This document shows positions 47,190-62,084 of a DNA stretch of 64,000 nucleotides, piece by piece. Both the position numbers and the translations under genes were made by a program. The notes under the pieces were generated by a model. That model was given only the letters and a program-made list of their open reading frames with translations. It was not told the origin of the DNA and made no database searches. The stretch covers positions 1,037,146-1,101,145 of the forward strand of contig MU054400.1 in the NCBI GenBank assembly GCA_013239625.1. The letters are read 5' to 3'. Source of the DNA: Lama guanicoe (Eukaryota). How positions within the stretch are numbered: the first letter of the stretch is position 1; the number at the start of each line of letters is the position of its first letter.

Positions 47190-49305
47190 ATTCCTATTGG
47201 CATCAAGGATCCCTGTTCGAAAGTGCAGGGATAGCCACCACTGAGCGTCTCAGTGATGCCAATGACCCGCCCCCCAGAGCATTCCTCAGGGTCCTCCTGT
47301 GGAATTTTTTTTCATGAGTTTTCTGGTTCTTTGATGCTATATCTACTTCAACTTTCCTCTTCTCTGAGCCTTTGATCTCTACTTTCACCATCTCCCATAG
47401 CGGTTCTGACATTTCTTCTTCTATTATGGCCCATAACTTTCTCCAAGAACATTCTTAGCAACATATTAGCACTGTCTCTCAGGGTCCTTGTCAGGGTGTT
47501 AGTCCTGTGTTCCAGGAAAATGCTCCCATACTGATAACCTCTCCCTTATCCAATTTTAGGTTCAACTTCTCCCCACAGAGATGGAGCCTCAGAATTCTCA
47601 GGATGCAGTCCTATGTATATTCTCCTGGCTTCTGTCAGTACATATTGGTTATGTTCTTCAGCTCTTTTAGGTATGGTCCCTTTCCTCCCTTATCAGGTCT
47701 TGGCCATTCATGTTGTTACTTAATCTTCGTTATTAGTCTGATGGCCAGGCTGGGATGTAGGGGTAGATCCAGATGGGGAGGTACATTTGTTGTAAGGCAG
47801 AGATTTCTGCACCATTTTCAAGCAAGGAGGGGAAATACTTTTTAACTAGAAGGAGTGGGTAGTTTATAAAAGTGCAGATGTACAGGGGAAACTGGAGGTA
47901 AGATTTTCAGGAGGATAGACCTAAATATTGCCATCCTATATCTCCCATTTCCACTCCTTCATAATCTGGACTCTAACCTTGGGGTAGCCAATCTACCGTG
48001 GTTGAGAATCCAACTTCTTGGAGCTCCTGCAAATCTTATTAAGTCCTGGGTCTGATCCTGACCCTTAGATTTTTCTGCCCTCTGGCTACAGGAGATGATA
48101 AGTCTGCACATGTACTGCCAAAAACACCATTTGGCTTTTGTACTTAGCCTTTATAATCTTTCTCAAAAGTATTTATTACTCTCAACAACAAACATCCTAT
48201 TCCTTCTCAAATGCCTGATACATTGTTTTTCAGCACACATTCCTTTCCTCAGGCAAAAGCATTCTAATTTACTACTGGTGAAAAATTTAACAATTGAAAT
48301 GTTCCAGAAAAAATGTGTTACAGCTCAGTTGTGACAGCAACCTGGATCCTGGCAAGAGACCAGAGAGTTTGAGAACTCCGGTTTATTATGCCAGGGGGCC
48401 CAGAGGAGTTAGCACTCCAAGCTCTGGATCCCGTCTGTAGGTTTACACAGACTTTTTATAGGCTGCCAGTTTACACTTTGCAACATCATATGCAAATAAG
48501 GTATAACAAAAGTTGACTAATTAGGAACAAGCTTTGTAGAAATGGACCAATCAGGAGGGAGAGAAATAACCAATCAGGAGTGAAGGAAATAACCAATCAG
48601 GAGTGAGCTCAGGGAACCAATAGAACTTTAGGGGTAAGTAAGCCGTTTCAGAGGCAAAAAGTGAATCGATCCTCTGGGCTAGGGAACTGGATGGTGTTGG
48701 CAGGAGAGTAGTGGTCCTGCCTGAGGGTCCTGCCAGTCTTTTTATGGGGCTTCCTGCCTCAACATCACTATCACATGCTACACAGTGCTCCACCTACCAC
48801 TAGTGATGGAATCCTCATTGCCAACAGGCTGGTAAGTGATCCATCTCCTGAGTCTCATTTTAGAGTTTGCTTTCCTAGCTCACACCTAGCACTAATTATT
48901 GTCAATCAGGTTCCCCAGGAAGCAGACAGAGATTTGAATCCTGAAAGTTTATTGGAGAGCTCTCTCGGGTTTGTGGTGGGAAAGCAAAGGAAACAGGGCT
49001 GGGCAGAAGTTAGGCAGCAGTCCTTCCACAAAAAAGCTTCAGTCTATTCTAGGCTGGGCACTGGAGCGAGGAAGGCCCTGCAGAATTGTCCTTATTTGGA
49101 GCCAGGATAACTGGGCTTTTATACTCCTGCACCAATCAGTCTTTGAATTTGGACTGCCCTGGGGAAGAAGGCATGATTTTAAGCGAACCTCAGGTAAGGG
49201 TGCTGGGGAGCTTAACTGCAAACTATCAGTCATTAACACTCCTAGCAGCTGGGGGAATGAATGTTTCAGCTTTGAAGAGTGGAGATCTGGGGAGCACAGC
49301 ACAAC
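47190..49305 (-). mobile_element. ERV-L-class remnant: LTR16-like LTR (~48900-49305) plus gag relic (~47190-47800), interrupted by a younger LTR
   Basis: Minus-strand relic LKELKNITNMY*QKPGEY..DCILRIL..LKLDKGEVISMGAFS..EMSEPLW..ASLRRSVVA resembles ERV-L Gag. Confidence 0.72.
48316..48764 (-). mobile_element. Younger solo LTR with well-preserved promoter motifs
   Basis: TGTT...AACA termini. Four CCAAT boxes, octamer at 48490-48497, TATAAAAA at 48453-48460 (minus) and AATAAA at 48382-48387 (minus), in U3-R order. Confidence 0.82.
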
Positions 49306-51674
49306 ACTCCCAAAATATACTTCCTATTGTTTGAACCATTTACAATGGGAAAGTATTCATGTGTTTTGTGTAATAAAAACATGTTTAAAAGCATTTTGAA
49401 AACAGCAAGCAAAAAGAAAAAATTGGAAATTACCCATAATCTTTCCACTGATTTAACCACTCTAAATATTTTGGCATATGTCCTTTCAGAGTTTCAGATT
49501 CAAAATTATATTGTGCATGTGTGTTTAATGAGACCGTATTGTATATGTTGTTAGTGGCTCTTTTTAAACTTAGCAATGTTTTAGAAGCACCTTTTCATAT
49601 TTACATTCTTCTATAACATCCTTTATTTTTCAGACTTAATTTTTTTAGAACAGTTTTAGATTTACAGAAACAAATTGAGTAAATAGTGCAGAGTCCCGTA
49701 TTCCCTCAGCCCCACTGCAGCTTCCCCTGTTATTAACGCTCTGTATTAGTGTGGTACATTTGTTACAATTAATGAACCAGTATTGAAGCATCATTATTGG
49801 CTAAAGTCCATAGTTTATATTAGGGTTCACTCTTTGTACAGTTCTGTGAATTTTGATAAATGCATGTTGTCTTGTACTTGCCATTACAGTATCATACAGA
49901 TATAGCCCTAAAAATGCTGTGTATTTCACCTATTCATGCCCCTTCTGCAAACCCTGGCAACCACTGATCTTACAGTGTCCATAATTTTGCCTTTTGTAAT
50001 ATCCTTTTTAATGGCTGCATAACATTGTTTCATATGGATTTATCCAGCCAACCCTCTGTTATGGGACACTGATGCTGTTACATGACTTAAATGAAAGACT
50101 AGAATGGTGACACCAAGCCTTGGATTCACAAAGCAGCAAATCAAATCTTCTGACCTGCCACATGGTTCATTTGCCCATGCACTTACACTAAACTGTGTAT
50201 ACTGATGTTTCATTATCTTTGGGCAAAGGAGACTTTTATATCTCACACACTATCTTGGAAACCAAAGAAAACATCTGGCATTCTTTCTGATGGGAGAACC
50301 AAAGCAAAGCTGTAAACACCATCTGTCAATTTTTCCTTCCAAAGGAGCCTTTCCAAATTTCTGGGGGTTCCCTTTGCCAACCCCCTGTCACAGTAAACAG
50401 CACCAGAAACAAATGAAATCATTGAGGTTTCTAATGATATTCTGGGCCAGGAGACTGGGCTCCCAGGGCTTCCTGTTGTACAGGTGCACATCCTTATAGG
50501 CTACTTTACTCTCCTTCATAGGTGGCTGTATCTACCTCCTCAAGCTGGGCAACTATGCATGGATGTGTACTTTGTGATCCGTACACAAGTGCTTGGCTGA
50601 AGGGTCTGGAGGGCTAAAATCCAGTTGCTCTCAGCTTGCCAAATTGTAAACCCTGGCATTGCATCCACTCAGAGAGGGTGCCTTTCTCTATCTTACACGA
50701 AGGCACAGTTTAGCTTAGTGGCTGGCCTGGTCCTCAAGCTTGCTGAGATTAAGTCTAATTGTCTAGTTGTCTGTTTACACGTTTGTCTTCCTCCAGAGAT
50801 TCTTGGTGACTGAAACTGTGCCGTTTTTAGTCTTTGTTCCCATTGCAGCACCGCACTCAATATATAGTAGACCTCAGGATATTAACAAAATGATTACTAG
50901 GGACAGGGCTCTTTCAGCTCAGCGCCAGGACAGTCAACCCACACCATTTAAAAAATTAATAAAACTAAGTTATCTTTTACTATTACTGTTTACTCTTTTA
51001 CAGGATGACTCTCTGCTTCCTGCTGTGGGGTTTTGTTTTGTTTTTGACTAGATTTCCTCCTGTTTTTTTACATACGGTTCTCCATCTCTCTCACTGATTC
51101 TGTGAACTACACAGTAACTTTTTGAGGTTGGTCATTACATCGTTGCTCTCAAACCAATTCTCTGTTCTTCTGAAAAACTACATTTCCCAGCTTCTTTGCC
51201 AACTGGGTATTAGCTAGATTCACTGCCAGCTATGTAGGCACTGGCAGGAGAGGGAGGGAGGGAGAAGTCAGGGTGATTCTTCCTCTCTTCTATGACTGTG
51301 GGAGCATTTTCCAGCAGTGGTAGCCATCTTCTACACAGTTTCTACCTCCCTTCCTTCTTTGGTTCCAGGTCCTGCTGCTCTTTCCACTTCAGCCAAATTC
51401 TATGCATGATTCTGCAACTTGCTTTTTTTTTTTTTTTCAATTTCACAATATATTGTGAAAGTCAGTGCCAAATTGCTCTGCAAAATTTTTCACCAGTTTA
51501 TCCTGTCATCAAGAGTGTATAAGAATGCTTATTTCTCTGTCCATGCCAGCATTGGATGTAATTAATCCTTTTAGCTTTTGCCAATTTGTTAGGTGAAAAA
51601 TGGGGCCTTGTTTAATTTTTAAACATTATCAGTACTCAATTAAAATATGCAGGAAAAAAACCATTATCGGTGAT

Positions 51675-52005
51675 ACAGAAACAAAGATATGGATGCAGAA
51701 AACAAATGGGTGGTTGCTAGAGGGAAAGATGGTAGGGGAAGGAAGTACTAAGATGTACAACATGATAAATATAATGAATGCGGCTGTATGTTATACTTGA
51801 AAGTTGTTTAGAGAGTAAATTTTAAGAGTTCTTATCACACAGACGCAAATTTTTTTCTCTTTTATTTTGTATCCATATGAGATGATAGAGGTTCACTAAA
51901 CTTATTGTGATAATCAATCAGCTCATGATATATGTGAGCCAGATCATTATGCTGTACACCTTAAACAGTGCTGTATGTCAATTATATCTCAGTAAAGCTG
52001 GAAAG
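51675..52005 (+). mobile_element. L1 3' terminal fragment
   Basis: GTGGTTGCTAGAGGG...ATCATTATGCTGTACACCTTAAAC...GTCAATTATATCTCAGTAAAGCTGG. Confidence 0.8.
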
Positions 52006-52899
52006 GAAAATGCAAGCAGTAGAGCTGAATTTGGCCCTTAATCATAGCTTGCCAGTCAATGAAGAGCTGAACACTTTTAATAAAATAGACAAATGGTGGC
52101 ATATAATCTATTTAAAACTAAAATATGTTTTTATATGTTCACTATTTGTGCTTCTTCAGTGAATTGCTTCTTAATAAGTTACACCCATATTTTTCTATTG
52201 AATCATTCTATTTTTCTTATTGATTTGTAGGGGCTTTTTGTATGTTGGGGAAATATTAACCCTTTTTCTGTTATATAGGTCACAGATATTTTCTTCCAGT
52301 TTATCTTTTCATTTTGTGTATCGGGTCTTTTGCCATTACCAAATCTGTCAATCATTTCTTTTATGCCTTCTGAATTTGGTGTCATGATTAGAACAGTTCT
52401 CACCAAACCATTATTCAGAAAATTTTTTTATAGTTTATTCTAATATTTTAGGGTGTGTGTGTGTGTTTATGTCTCTCTGTGTTTATATTGCCATCCGTTT
52501 GCAATTTGAAATAATCTGTATCCATTTATCATCATCAGGATAATTGCATTTTCATATGATAGTTATCACATAGCTCTTAGAATCAGAAGGAACCCCAGAG
52601 GTTACCCAGAGTCCTAAGCCCTCAGTTATAACCTTGAACTAGTCTTCCAAAGGGTTTTCCTCCCTAATCCTCCATGGCACCATGGTATTCTGATTCCTTT
52701 TCTACTTCTCTGGCCACTACTTTTCCATCTCTTTCTCTGCTTTCTCTTCCCATGCCTTATTTGTCAGTGTTCCAAAGAATCCTATCAGAAATTTTAATTA
52801 ATTTAACTTTTCATTCTTCTAGCCATACCTGCAAAAATTTGACCCAGGTCAAAAACTTTAAAGTCACTTTTGAGTCTTCTTATTTCCTCACACTGTATC

Positions 52900-53635
52900 T
52901 CATCTGTGAGTAAATTCTTACTGCTTTACCTTCAACCTGACCATTTCTAATCACTTTCACTGCTACTACCACTCAGTCTATAGTAGTATCATTTCTTGCC
53001 TGGATTACTGCAATAACCTCTAAGTGGTCTTTCTTCTTCCCCTCTTGCTTCTGCTCAGTGTAGTAGCTAGAGAGATCCTGCTAAAAGTTAGATCATTTTC
53101 CTTCTTTGCTCAAAACTCTCCAATGGCTTTCAGCTCACTTAGTCAAAAGTCTTTAAAATGATCTACAAGACCCTCTATGATTTAGCTCTTGTTACCTCTC
53201 TGACTTGATCTCCCATTATTCTCTTCATTGCTCACTCCATTCCAGCCACACTAGGCTGCTTACTGTTCCTAGAACAGAGGAGGTGAGCTGTTATCTCAGG
53301 GCCTTTGTACTTGCTGGTCCCTTAACCTGGTATTTTGTTCTCCTAAATATCTGCATGATTTCATTTCCTCACTTCCTTTTCTCAGATGCCATCTTCCCCT
53401 GGCCATTCTTTATAAATTTCAATCCTGAATACTTTCTACCTCCTTTCCCCTGCTTTATTCTTCTTCTTAACAGCTTTTTTATAAGTTATTTTCCTCTAGA
53501 ATACAAGCTTTTTGGGAGCAGGGATTTTTTTTTTTTGCGGGGTTCTCTTTTATATACTTATGTAACCATAGTGCATAGAACAGTGCCTAGTATATTGCAG
53601 GTGCTCAATAAATACTTGTTGAATGAATGAATGAA
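52900..53635 (+). mobile_element. L2 3' end
   Basis: TGCCTGGATTACTGCAATAACCTC...CTCAAAACTCTCCAATGGCTT...GTGCTCAATAAATACTTGTTGAATGAATGAATGAA. Confidence 0.85.
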
Positions 53636-54304
53636 AAGTTTATTTGTTCAAGGAGTATGAGTATTTATACATGTGTACTCCTTACCTCTTTTCTGATTTC
53701 CAAGGTCATATTTCCTCCTGAACATCTCTCCTGAAAATTTGCCATCATCTTAATCTCAGTTTGGCCAGCTGAGCTCATTATCTCCCTTAGTACTTCATTA
53801 AACCTTATATCTTTCTTATTTCAGTTAATAAGACACTCCCCAGACTTGGCTCTTCCATCACGATTTCTCCTCCCATAGAGCAGGTCTCTAAATCTTGTTT
53901 AGTCAGTCTCCCAGATCTTGTTCCGGTTTATCTCCTAGTCTCCATTCCCACTGTCTCTGCTTTAGTTCAGGTGTAAGTCTTGTATGCAATGCAGAAGTCT
54001 ACCACAATTCTCCTGATGAAGAGATTTGCTCAGCTTAGTGCTCTCCCCATAAACCTTCTGTGGCTGCCCATCATCTGTTGAATTAAGGAGGCGACTAGTC
54101 CATAATTGATGATTTACTATTCTCTGCTCACTTTAACTCCCCACTTCTGGAATACTCATCTTCTCGCATTGACTTAAAGCCCTTGCACTTTTCAGAGTAC
54201 AATTATCTTCTCTGGAATTCTAGAGAGAAAACAGGGCTGGAGAATTAGACACGGGAGTGTTCATATTCTGTATGTACTGTACCAAGGAACTAGAGATATA
54301 AATC

Positions 54305-54432
54305 TTTCTTTTCTGAGGGGGGATAATTATATTTCTTCATTGATTTCAGCTTGGAGGAGGTGCTGGCGATTGAACCCGGGACCTCTTGGGTGCTGAGCAT
54401 GAGCTCTATCACTTGAGCTATACCCTTCCCCC
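54305..54432 (-). mobile_element. Vic-1-like SINE
   Basis: GATTGAACCCGGGACCTC...GAGCTATACCCTTCCCC. Confidence 0.82.
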
Positions 54433-54829
54433 AAGATGTAAATCTTTAATCCTTTAGCCAAAAGTCAGTTTTTCCAGAGAAACTGATTCTATCCTCACTC
54501 TGACTTTTTCTAGAGTTAACTGCTTATGCTTCTATTTCTCCCACCAATTAAGAATTTTGGGGACACAGATTCATCTCATTCAGTTGTTAATAAACCTCCA
54601 CGCACCTGATTCCAGGAGACATCCAAGGCTTGGGATTGTATTATCTGGTTTAAATCTGTTGAATGTCAGAACTTAAGGGAGAATTTAAACTCATTAATGT
54701 GTAAATAGAGATAGTGAGGCCCAGAAAGGGTAGGACTTTGTACCAAGTTACTAACCCGGGACCAGAAACCAGACATCCTGATTCCCAAAGTAGGTCTGGT
54801 TGGTAAGCCTTTTAGTCTTTTCGGGATTC

Positions 54830-55430
<601 letters not shown>

Positions 55431-58400
55431 TAAAATGGGTGACTTGGGGAAAATTCTGGGAGAAAGGTCGGAGTGAGGGGACCAGAGTTGAAAGGGCTTA
55501 AAGAAAGATGGGATGTGGGAAAATAAAGGAGTTCGGATTAAGAGGACTGACACCCTACGGGGAAATAGGCGCCGTAGACATTTATCTGACTGGAGAGCTC
55601 GGTGGGAATTGGGGGATTTCGGGGAGAGGGACCCAGGTTTTAGTAAAGGTGAGTGATGGGGAGTTGAGGGTGAGCTGGGGATGTGAGATACCGATTTAGT
55701 TCTACCTGCCTGAGGCGATGAGATTAGGGATGAAGGAAGAAGACCAGACCCGGACGAGTGGTCTGGGGGATATTTTGACATTGTGTGGTGTTTCCCAGGT
55801 GTGTTAATCTTGCTACTGTTTGTTTCTTGGGAGTGGAGATTTATCTATACCATCCACCTGGACTTAAGAAACAGCCCCAAATGTTCCTTGTGGAACATCA
55901 TGTTTAGTACATTTATTTGATTTCTGTCAGTGATCTCTGACCTTGTGTTGTTACATGTTCTTGTTTCGAGACTAGCTTCTTAATAGTATGATTAGGCATA
56001 AAAATAAATTTTATATTAAACTGAAGCAAAACTTTGAGAGTTTTTAGAGACCATGAAGTGTGGTTAAACCAGATTTGGTAATTTAGTTACCTATTATTAA
56101 ATAGCTTCAGTTCTAACTCGACTTACTAGTTCTTTGTCCTCAGTTGAGAATTTGGTTAGATATGATAGATGTTTTTCTTTAGAATTTTGGCAGGTTTGAT
56201 GATGGGAAAAACGGGGCCTTTAGCCTTTAGTGATAGCCAGCTGTTTCTAGTTAATGTCCCCAACTAGTTACACTGAAAGTTTCTGTATTATTTATAGCAA
56301 AGAGTGTAAAATGTCCGAAATCTGAAAGAATTAACATTGTCTCCATTAACCTACTTTTTAAAGTGGAATTTTATAAATTAAATTTTTGTTTCCAATCCAT
56401 TCTTTTCATTCTTTCCGTTATTTATTCAACATATATTGAATGCCTACTTTGTGTTGCATTAATAAGTCATGGTAATTATGGAAATAAGAATATTGTTTCT
56501 CATGAGAATCTTACTGCACAGCAAATGACTTATTAACTTGCTGTGGTCTCCTTGAAAGAAGTTTTTTTGGAAATGAAGAGTAAGGAAGAAAATTATGTGA
56601 ATATAAGAACTTTCTGAATTTCTCTTTTGCTTAGTATTTGACTCATTTTTTCATCATGACACACTATATCTAAAAGATTATTTTTCTTTTTGATTCTGAA
56701 GAAGACAGTAACAGTATCCTGATATGGTAATATAAGGCCTGTGGACAGTTCTTACCAATAGTTGTTAATTCCCGTTTCTTAGACTGGCAAATATCACTTT
56801 ATCTTGTATGACTTTTTTTTCTTTAACGTCTTCACTATGTATGGTAAGGTATTTAAATTGAGGATTCCTGGAGTTTAATTTAGTGAGTAAAATTCTCTCT
56901 GAATTTTTCAGCAATATAGATGTATCTTCATTACAACGAAGTGTAGATGTCAATATTATATATTTTTTTCTGTTCTTTAATTATATTGTTGAATGTTTTG
57001 TTTCTTCACATGTAGGTTATTTTAAGAGTAAACTTTATCCCCATAGACTAACCATAACCAAAACCAAAACCAAAGCACCGTCAGTTCATCATTAATCAGG
57101 TAATTTTCTTCAGACAGTCTTCATCAAGAAATGCAAAAGATAGGATGTAGTACCTTAAATTAAGTAAGCTTTTTCTTAGAATCAAGAAAACCTGGAGATG
57201 AAGCTTAGCAATCAACTGGATTTAGTTTCCCACAGAGCAAGGGAATTCTTGCTTCTGTATCACAAAGATAAATAAGTCTATCCTCTTTTCTAGAATCTAA
57301 TTTCTTACAGGAAAAAGCCTTTCAGTTAGAGAAAGAAATAAGTGGGGTGTTATTCTTCTAACCTGTGGCATACAATTTCTTGTAATACTGGAAAATAATT
57401 TGAATGTAAGAATAATATTTTCCTAAGAATTGATAGTTATAATTTCAGAATTAAAAAATTTTAAGTGAGGGTAGCTAGATTTACAAATGGAAAGGTGTTA
57501 ACAGCAGGCCTGTTAATGAGCTAGGCATTGTTATACACCTCACACAATTTCAGTTAATCTTTATGATTTGTTTAGGTAGGCAGGTTGTGATAGGCATGCT
57601 TTTTTAGGTGTTGAGGAAACTGAGGATCAGAGAAGTTAAGTAACTTAACCAAGGTTACAGCTCTGAAATGGTGGAGTCTGAATTTGAACTCAAATTTGTC
57701 CAATTTCAATGCATCTGTTAACATCATTTTTGCTTCTCAGGTGGTCACAAGACCATTCCATTTCTTATCACGAAAATTTAAAGTGTTAAGCATAGTTTTA
57801 AAGTAATGTCATTTTAAACTGCTTGTTCTCATTGAAATAGTAGTGTAACTGAATAATAAATAATTCATTAAAATTTTAGACGATTAAGATGTCATCAGTA
57901 TTTTAGGAGGAAATAAATACCTGAGTATTTTGTACGTAACAAAACTGAATAAGGAACTAAATGTTTTCTTATTTGTATTGCTGAGTCAGGTTGGACCTGG
58001 TTCATCAAGAGGCAAAATTTGTATTTGGCAGTACTCTGCATGTGTTCTCAGAATTTTGGATTGGTCATTGTTGGTTGCTTAATTCTTACCACTTTCAGTG
58101 ATTGAGTCACTGAATTGTCTCATGGTTATTGTGAATCTTGTGGTTACTAAGTCAAGAGCCAGCAGTGTGTGTGTTTTGGTTGCTTAACTTCCTGTCCAAC
58201 ACTTGATATTCTCAGACTTTTACCTTTTTTTTTCCCTAATCTTTTGGGTTTGAAATAGGTATCTCCTATGTTTTTATGTGCATTTCCCAAAGTTGAACAT
58301 CTTTTTATATGTCATTGGCCCTTTGTGCTTCTGTGAAGTATATATTCAAGTTTTTGCCTATTGAGTTCTTTTCTTTCTAATTGATTTTAAGAGTTCTTTA

Positions 58401-61400
58401 TTTTAAATTAAAAAATTTTTTTGTATTTTATTATTTATTTATTTAAATAATTTACTGAAATGAAATTCACAGTCTAGAAATTAACCATTTTAAAATGAAT
58501 AATTCAGTGGCATTCAGCACATTCACAGTGTTGTGCAAACACCACTTCAGTCTAGTTCCAAAATATTTCCATCACCCAAAATAAAACCTCTTACACATTA
58601 AGCACTTTCCCTCTGTTGGCACCCTCCTCCCAAGAGTTCTTTACGTATTTTGTATACTAATTAATTGTTTGTTTATGGTTTGCAAATATCCTCTCCCGAT
58701 TTGTGACTTTCTTATCTCTTCATAGTTTTTTGGTGAGAAAAGTTCATAATTTAATGAATTGAATTTTTCAGTCTTTTATGATTTGTGCTTTTTGTATCGT
58801 ATTTAGGAAATCCTCTTCTGTTAGGTATGCTGTTTTAATAAATACAAAAGTGTATCTGTCTGTGATGTGGCATCTGATCTGGCATTTAGTACCAATGTTT
58901 GCTTGGTTAGAAAGGCTAACGTCTCAAGAGTTGTGTTCCTATAGTCTTTGGAATTACAGAGCCAGAGGGTTTTAAAAGCAGCTTGAATTGTGCCTTATAC
59001 ACAAGTTGCATATATTTCCCCAAACTGGGAAACCAGCAGATTTGTGAATGATGTACACATTTTACTAAATGTTAATAATGTGATTTGATAGTGAGAGACT
59101 TTTCTTGTGTGGACAGTATTAGATACAATTCATGAATCACTCAGTCTGAGAAGTTAGTATTTATACTGAAATATGTTGAGAAAGGTTTTTTGATGTCTGG
59201 TTCTGTCTGGTGTTAGGCTTTACCAAGGATAATTGTGGATTGTCGAAGGACTGGTGTGGAAACATTTTGGAAGAGTTTTTCTGTTTTTATTTTAAAGTGT
59301 ACAGAATTATATAATCAAGATAAAACCTTGTGGAATGTAATTACATGGTCAAGTGAAAAAGACAAATAAGTAAATTTTCATAGTTAGCAACTTTTTTTTT
59401 AGGTTGAGTGTCATGTTTATGGTATTTAAATTCCATTAGATACATTTAAATGAATGAAATAACTTCTCAGTATTGGAGAAATTACATCTATTTAAAGTTA
59501 TGATGAACATAATGAACATTTCAGATCAGCTAGAACATATGTGAAGGAAGATACAGTTTTTCTGTTTTACTTTTTTAAAATGGAGGTACTGGGGATTGAA
59601 CCCAGGACCTTGCTCATGCTATTACTCTCCCCCATTTTACTTTGTTTTTTCAAACTCTCTCTCAGTTCCTTGGACTGTGTGGCTCCTGTTCACTATTAGA
59701 CCCCTATCTCTTAAGTTTTATATATATAAAAATCTTGAGGTGTTTGATATTCTCTATTGTGTTTTAAAGTCTCTTAAAAACATTCCTTTTTTTTTTTTTC
59801 CCCATGAGAAAACTGGGTACTACTTTGACTTTAGGAGTCGTTCTAAGGAGTCTTGATCCTGGCAAAGATCGCATTGAAATATAAAACATCCAGCAGACTT
59901 TATACTGCAAATATTCTATAGTGATTGATGTACAGTACACCCTTGATATTTGTGAATGTCCCTAGATTTTTGAGAATCTTTGCATAAATATTAGTTTAGA
60001 ATGTCCCTCATAGCTTATGGAAAAGTCTAACAGAAAATTTTTAGTTACCATCAGGTATGATAGGTAAATAGAACAACAAAGTTAGCTATTTGGATACTAA
60101 ACTCAGTCTTCACCTACTTTTAACTCCTGGTCTTTTTCTGATTGTTACTACTGGCTCGCTTATCTACAGCCTTCTTTAATAACCTTTTGGAAACTCAAGG
60201 TCAGGTTGCCTTTGCTTGTCCTGTGCTGCATCTCATCATGGCATTAGTCCCAGGCAAGGTTTGTATCCTTCTCAATTCTCCTATCATTAGTAAGAATGGA
60301 ATCTTCTGTTCCTAACATCTTCCTAAAGTTTGGGAGTGTTAACATTTCCTTCTATAGTACAGTAGTGGAAGGGTATGGGTAGGAACGTCCCCATTTCCTT
60401 CTTCTGGTAGATTATTCCTTATGCCACACCTTGTAAGAGAAATGATCCCTTTTTGTGGGTGGAGTTCAAAGTCAAATGTCAGCCAAGAAACAAATTATTA
60501 TATGAAGTGAATTTCCGAGGTAGCTTATGAATTCTCAAAAAATTTTCTTCCATCAAAGGTTATTCTATTTCCAAGTGATAGTAACAGAAAACCAACCTAC
60601 CTACCTACCACAAATTTTGTTCCGAAATACTTTAAAATCACTGAAGATCTTGAATTGTTTATATTGTGCCCCATCCATCTTCTGAAACAGGAAATTCTAG
60701 CTAGTTCTTGTAATTTAATAGGGAATCTAACTTTATCCTTGTACTAGCTAGTTTTTATAATATTACACTTATCAGAGACTTAGGCATTTTACATAAGCAG
60801 AATTTCAAAATAATGAAACAGTCCCCCTTGAGAACCCATATTAAACAAAATTGTTGGTATATTATTTAATGAGAATCTTTTATAAATGTACCTTCTATAA
60901 TGCTGTCAGTAATAATGTATGTAGGGACTTCCTCCAGATGTCTCTAAGAAGCTATACATTTTGAATTGTTGGGTCTTCATTAAAAAAAATTGTTTTTCGT
61001 CTGTACTGGCAATGTTCTTAGTGAAAGAATGTACATATTAGGTTAACTGAGGCTTATTTGGTGTTCTAAGAAATTATATTTAGGCATGGTCCTAATTTGA
61101 GATGTTCTAGATCTGTCCAATACGATAGCCACATAGTGCAGATATAAAACTTTTTCATCATTGTGGACAGTGAGTTGAAATATATAAAGTTCTAATTCTG
61201 GTTTTGCATTTAAAAACCATCTCTTTCAGACATGAACTTTTTAATTTGTAAAATGAGGGTAGTAATACCTGCTTATATTTCATAGCACTTGAGATTCAGA
61301 TAAGATGATGTTTGAGATGGTGTTCTGAAAACTGCATAAGACTTCAACCTACAGTTTTGAAAATTATACAGTTTTAAAGTATGCTTCATTAGAAGCATAA

Positions 61401-62084
61401 TACTTTTCCACTGTCAGCTAATATTCTTACTTTAAAAGTTAATATACTGCATTTTATCCAGGAAGTTTTAGTAAGTTTTCTTCTTTAAGTCTGATAAGTC
61501 TGATATTTGTCTTTTTCCATTAGAATTAATTTTAATGAGCAATTTTGTCCTGTTAGAGCTGCCACTTAGAGTAGTACCAAGCAGTAGTAGTAGGTACATA
61601 ATAAACAACTGTTGAGTGAATGAGGCATGAAGCCTGAGAAATTGCTTTTTACTGTGATCAGGCAAGGATAGTTTTTCATATAAATAAGATTTGATTGGGA
61701 ACCAGCTTTAAGGGGAAAACAAAGAAGTAATTATTTAACTAGTTTTTCCATTGGGGGAAAAAATGAAAGCCAGGTAACATATCTCTTCATTGTAGAATTC
61801 TATTTGCACATTCCTGTGTCTTCTTACTGTGCTCTTTTGACAGTGGCTTTAGTAATTGTGTACAATCTCTTTTGGGTATCCTTTGACAAGGTTTAATAAC
61901 ATTTGCTATCTGATTTTTTTCTGAAATATTTTAAAGTTATAATCATTTTACACTGGAATATTTAGTTATATAACTTTTTTCTTCATAAACACTACTGTTA
62001 CCATACTCAACCATCAACAGTAATTTCTTAATATCATATTATGTCAGTACTTACTCACATTTCGTCACTTGTCCCCTAACTGTC

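Noticed and set aside
48541..48625. CRISPR-like repeat-spacer array
   Set aside because: It is a 23-bp tandem enhancer repeat inside a mammalian LTR, with no unique spacers and no cas genes.
50055..50760. Possible further old LTR or DNA element
   Set aside because: It looks repeat-derived, but I could not assign boundaries or a family with confidence.
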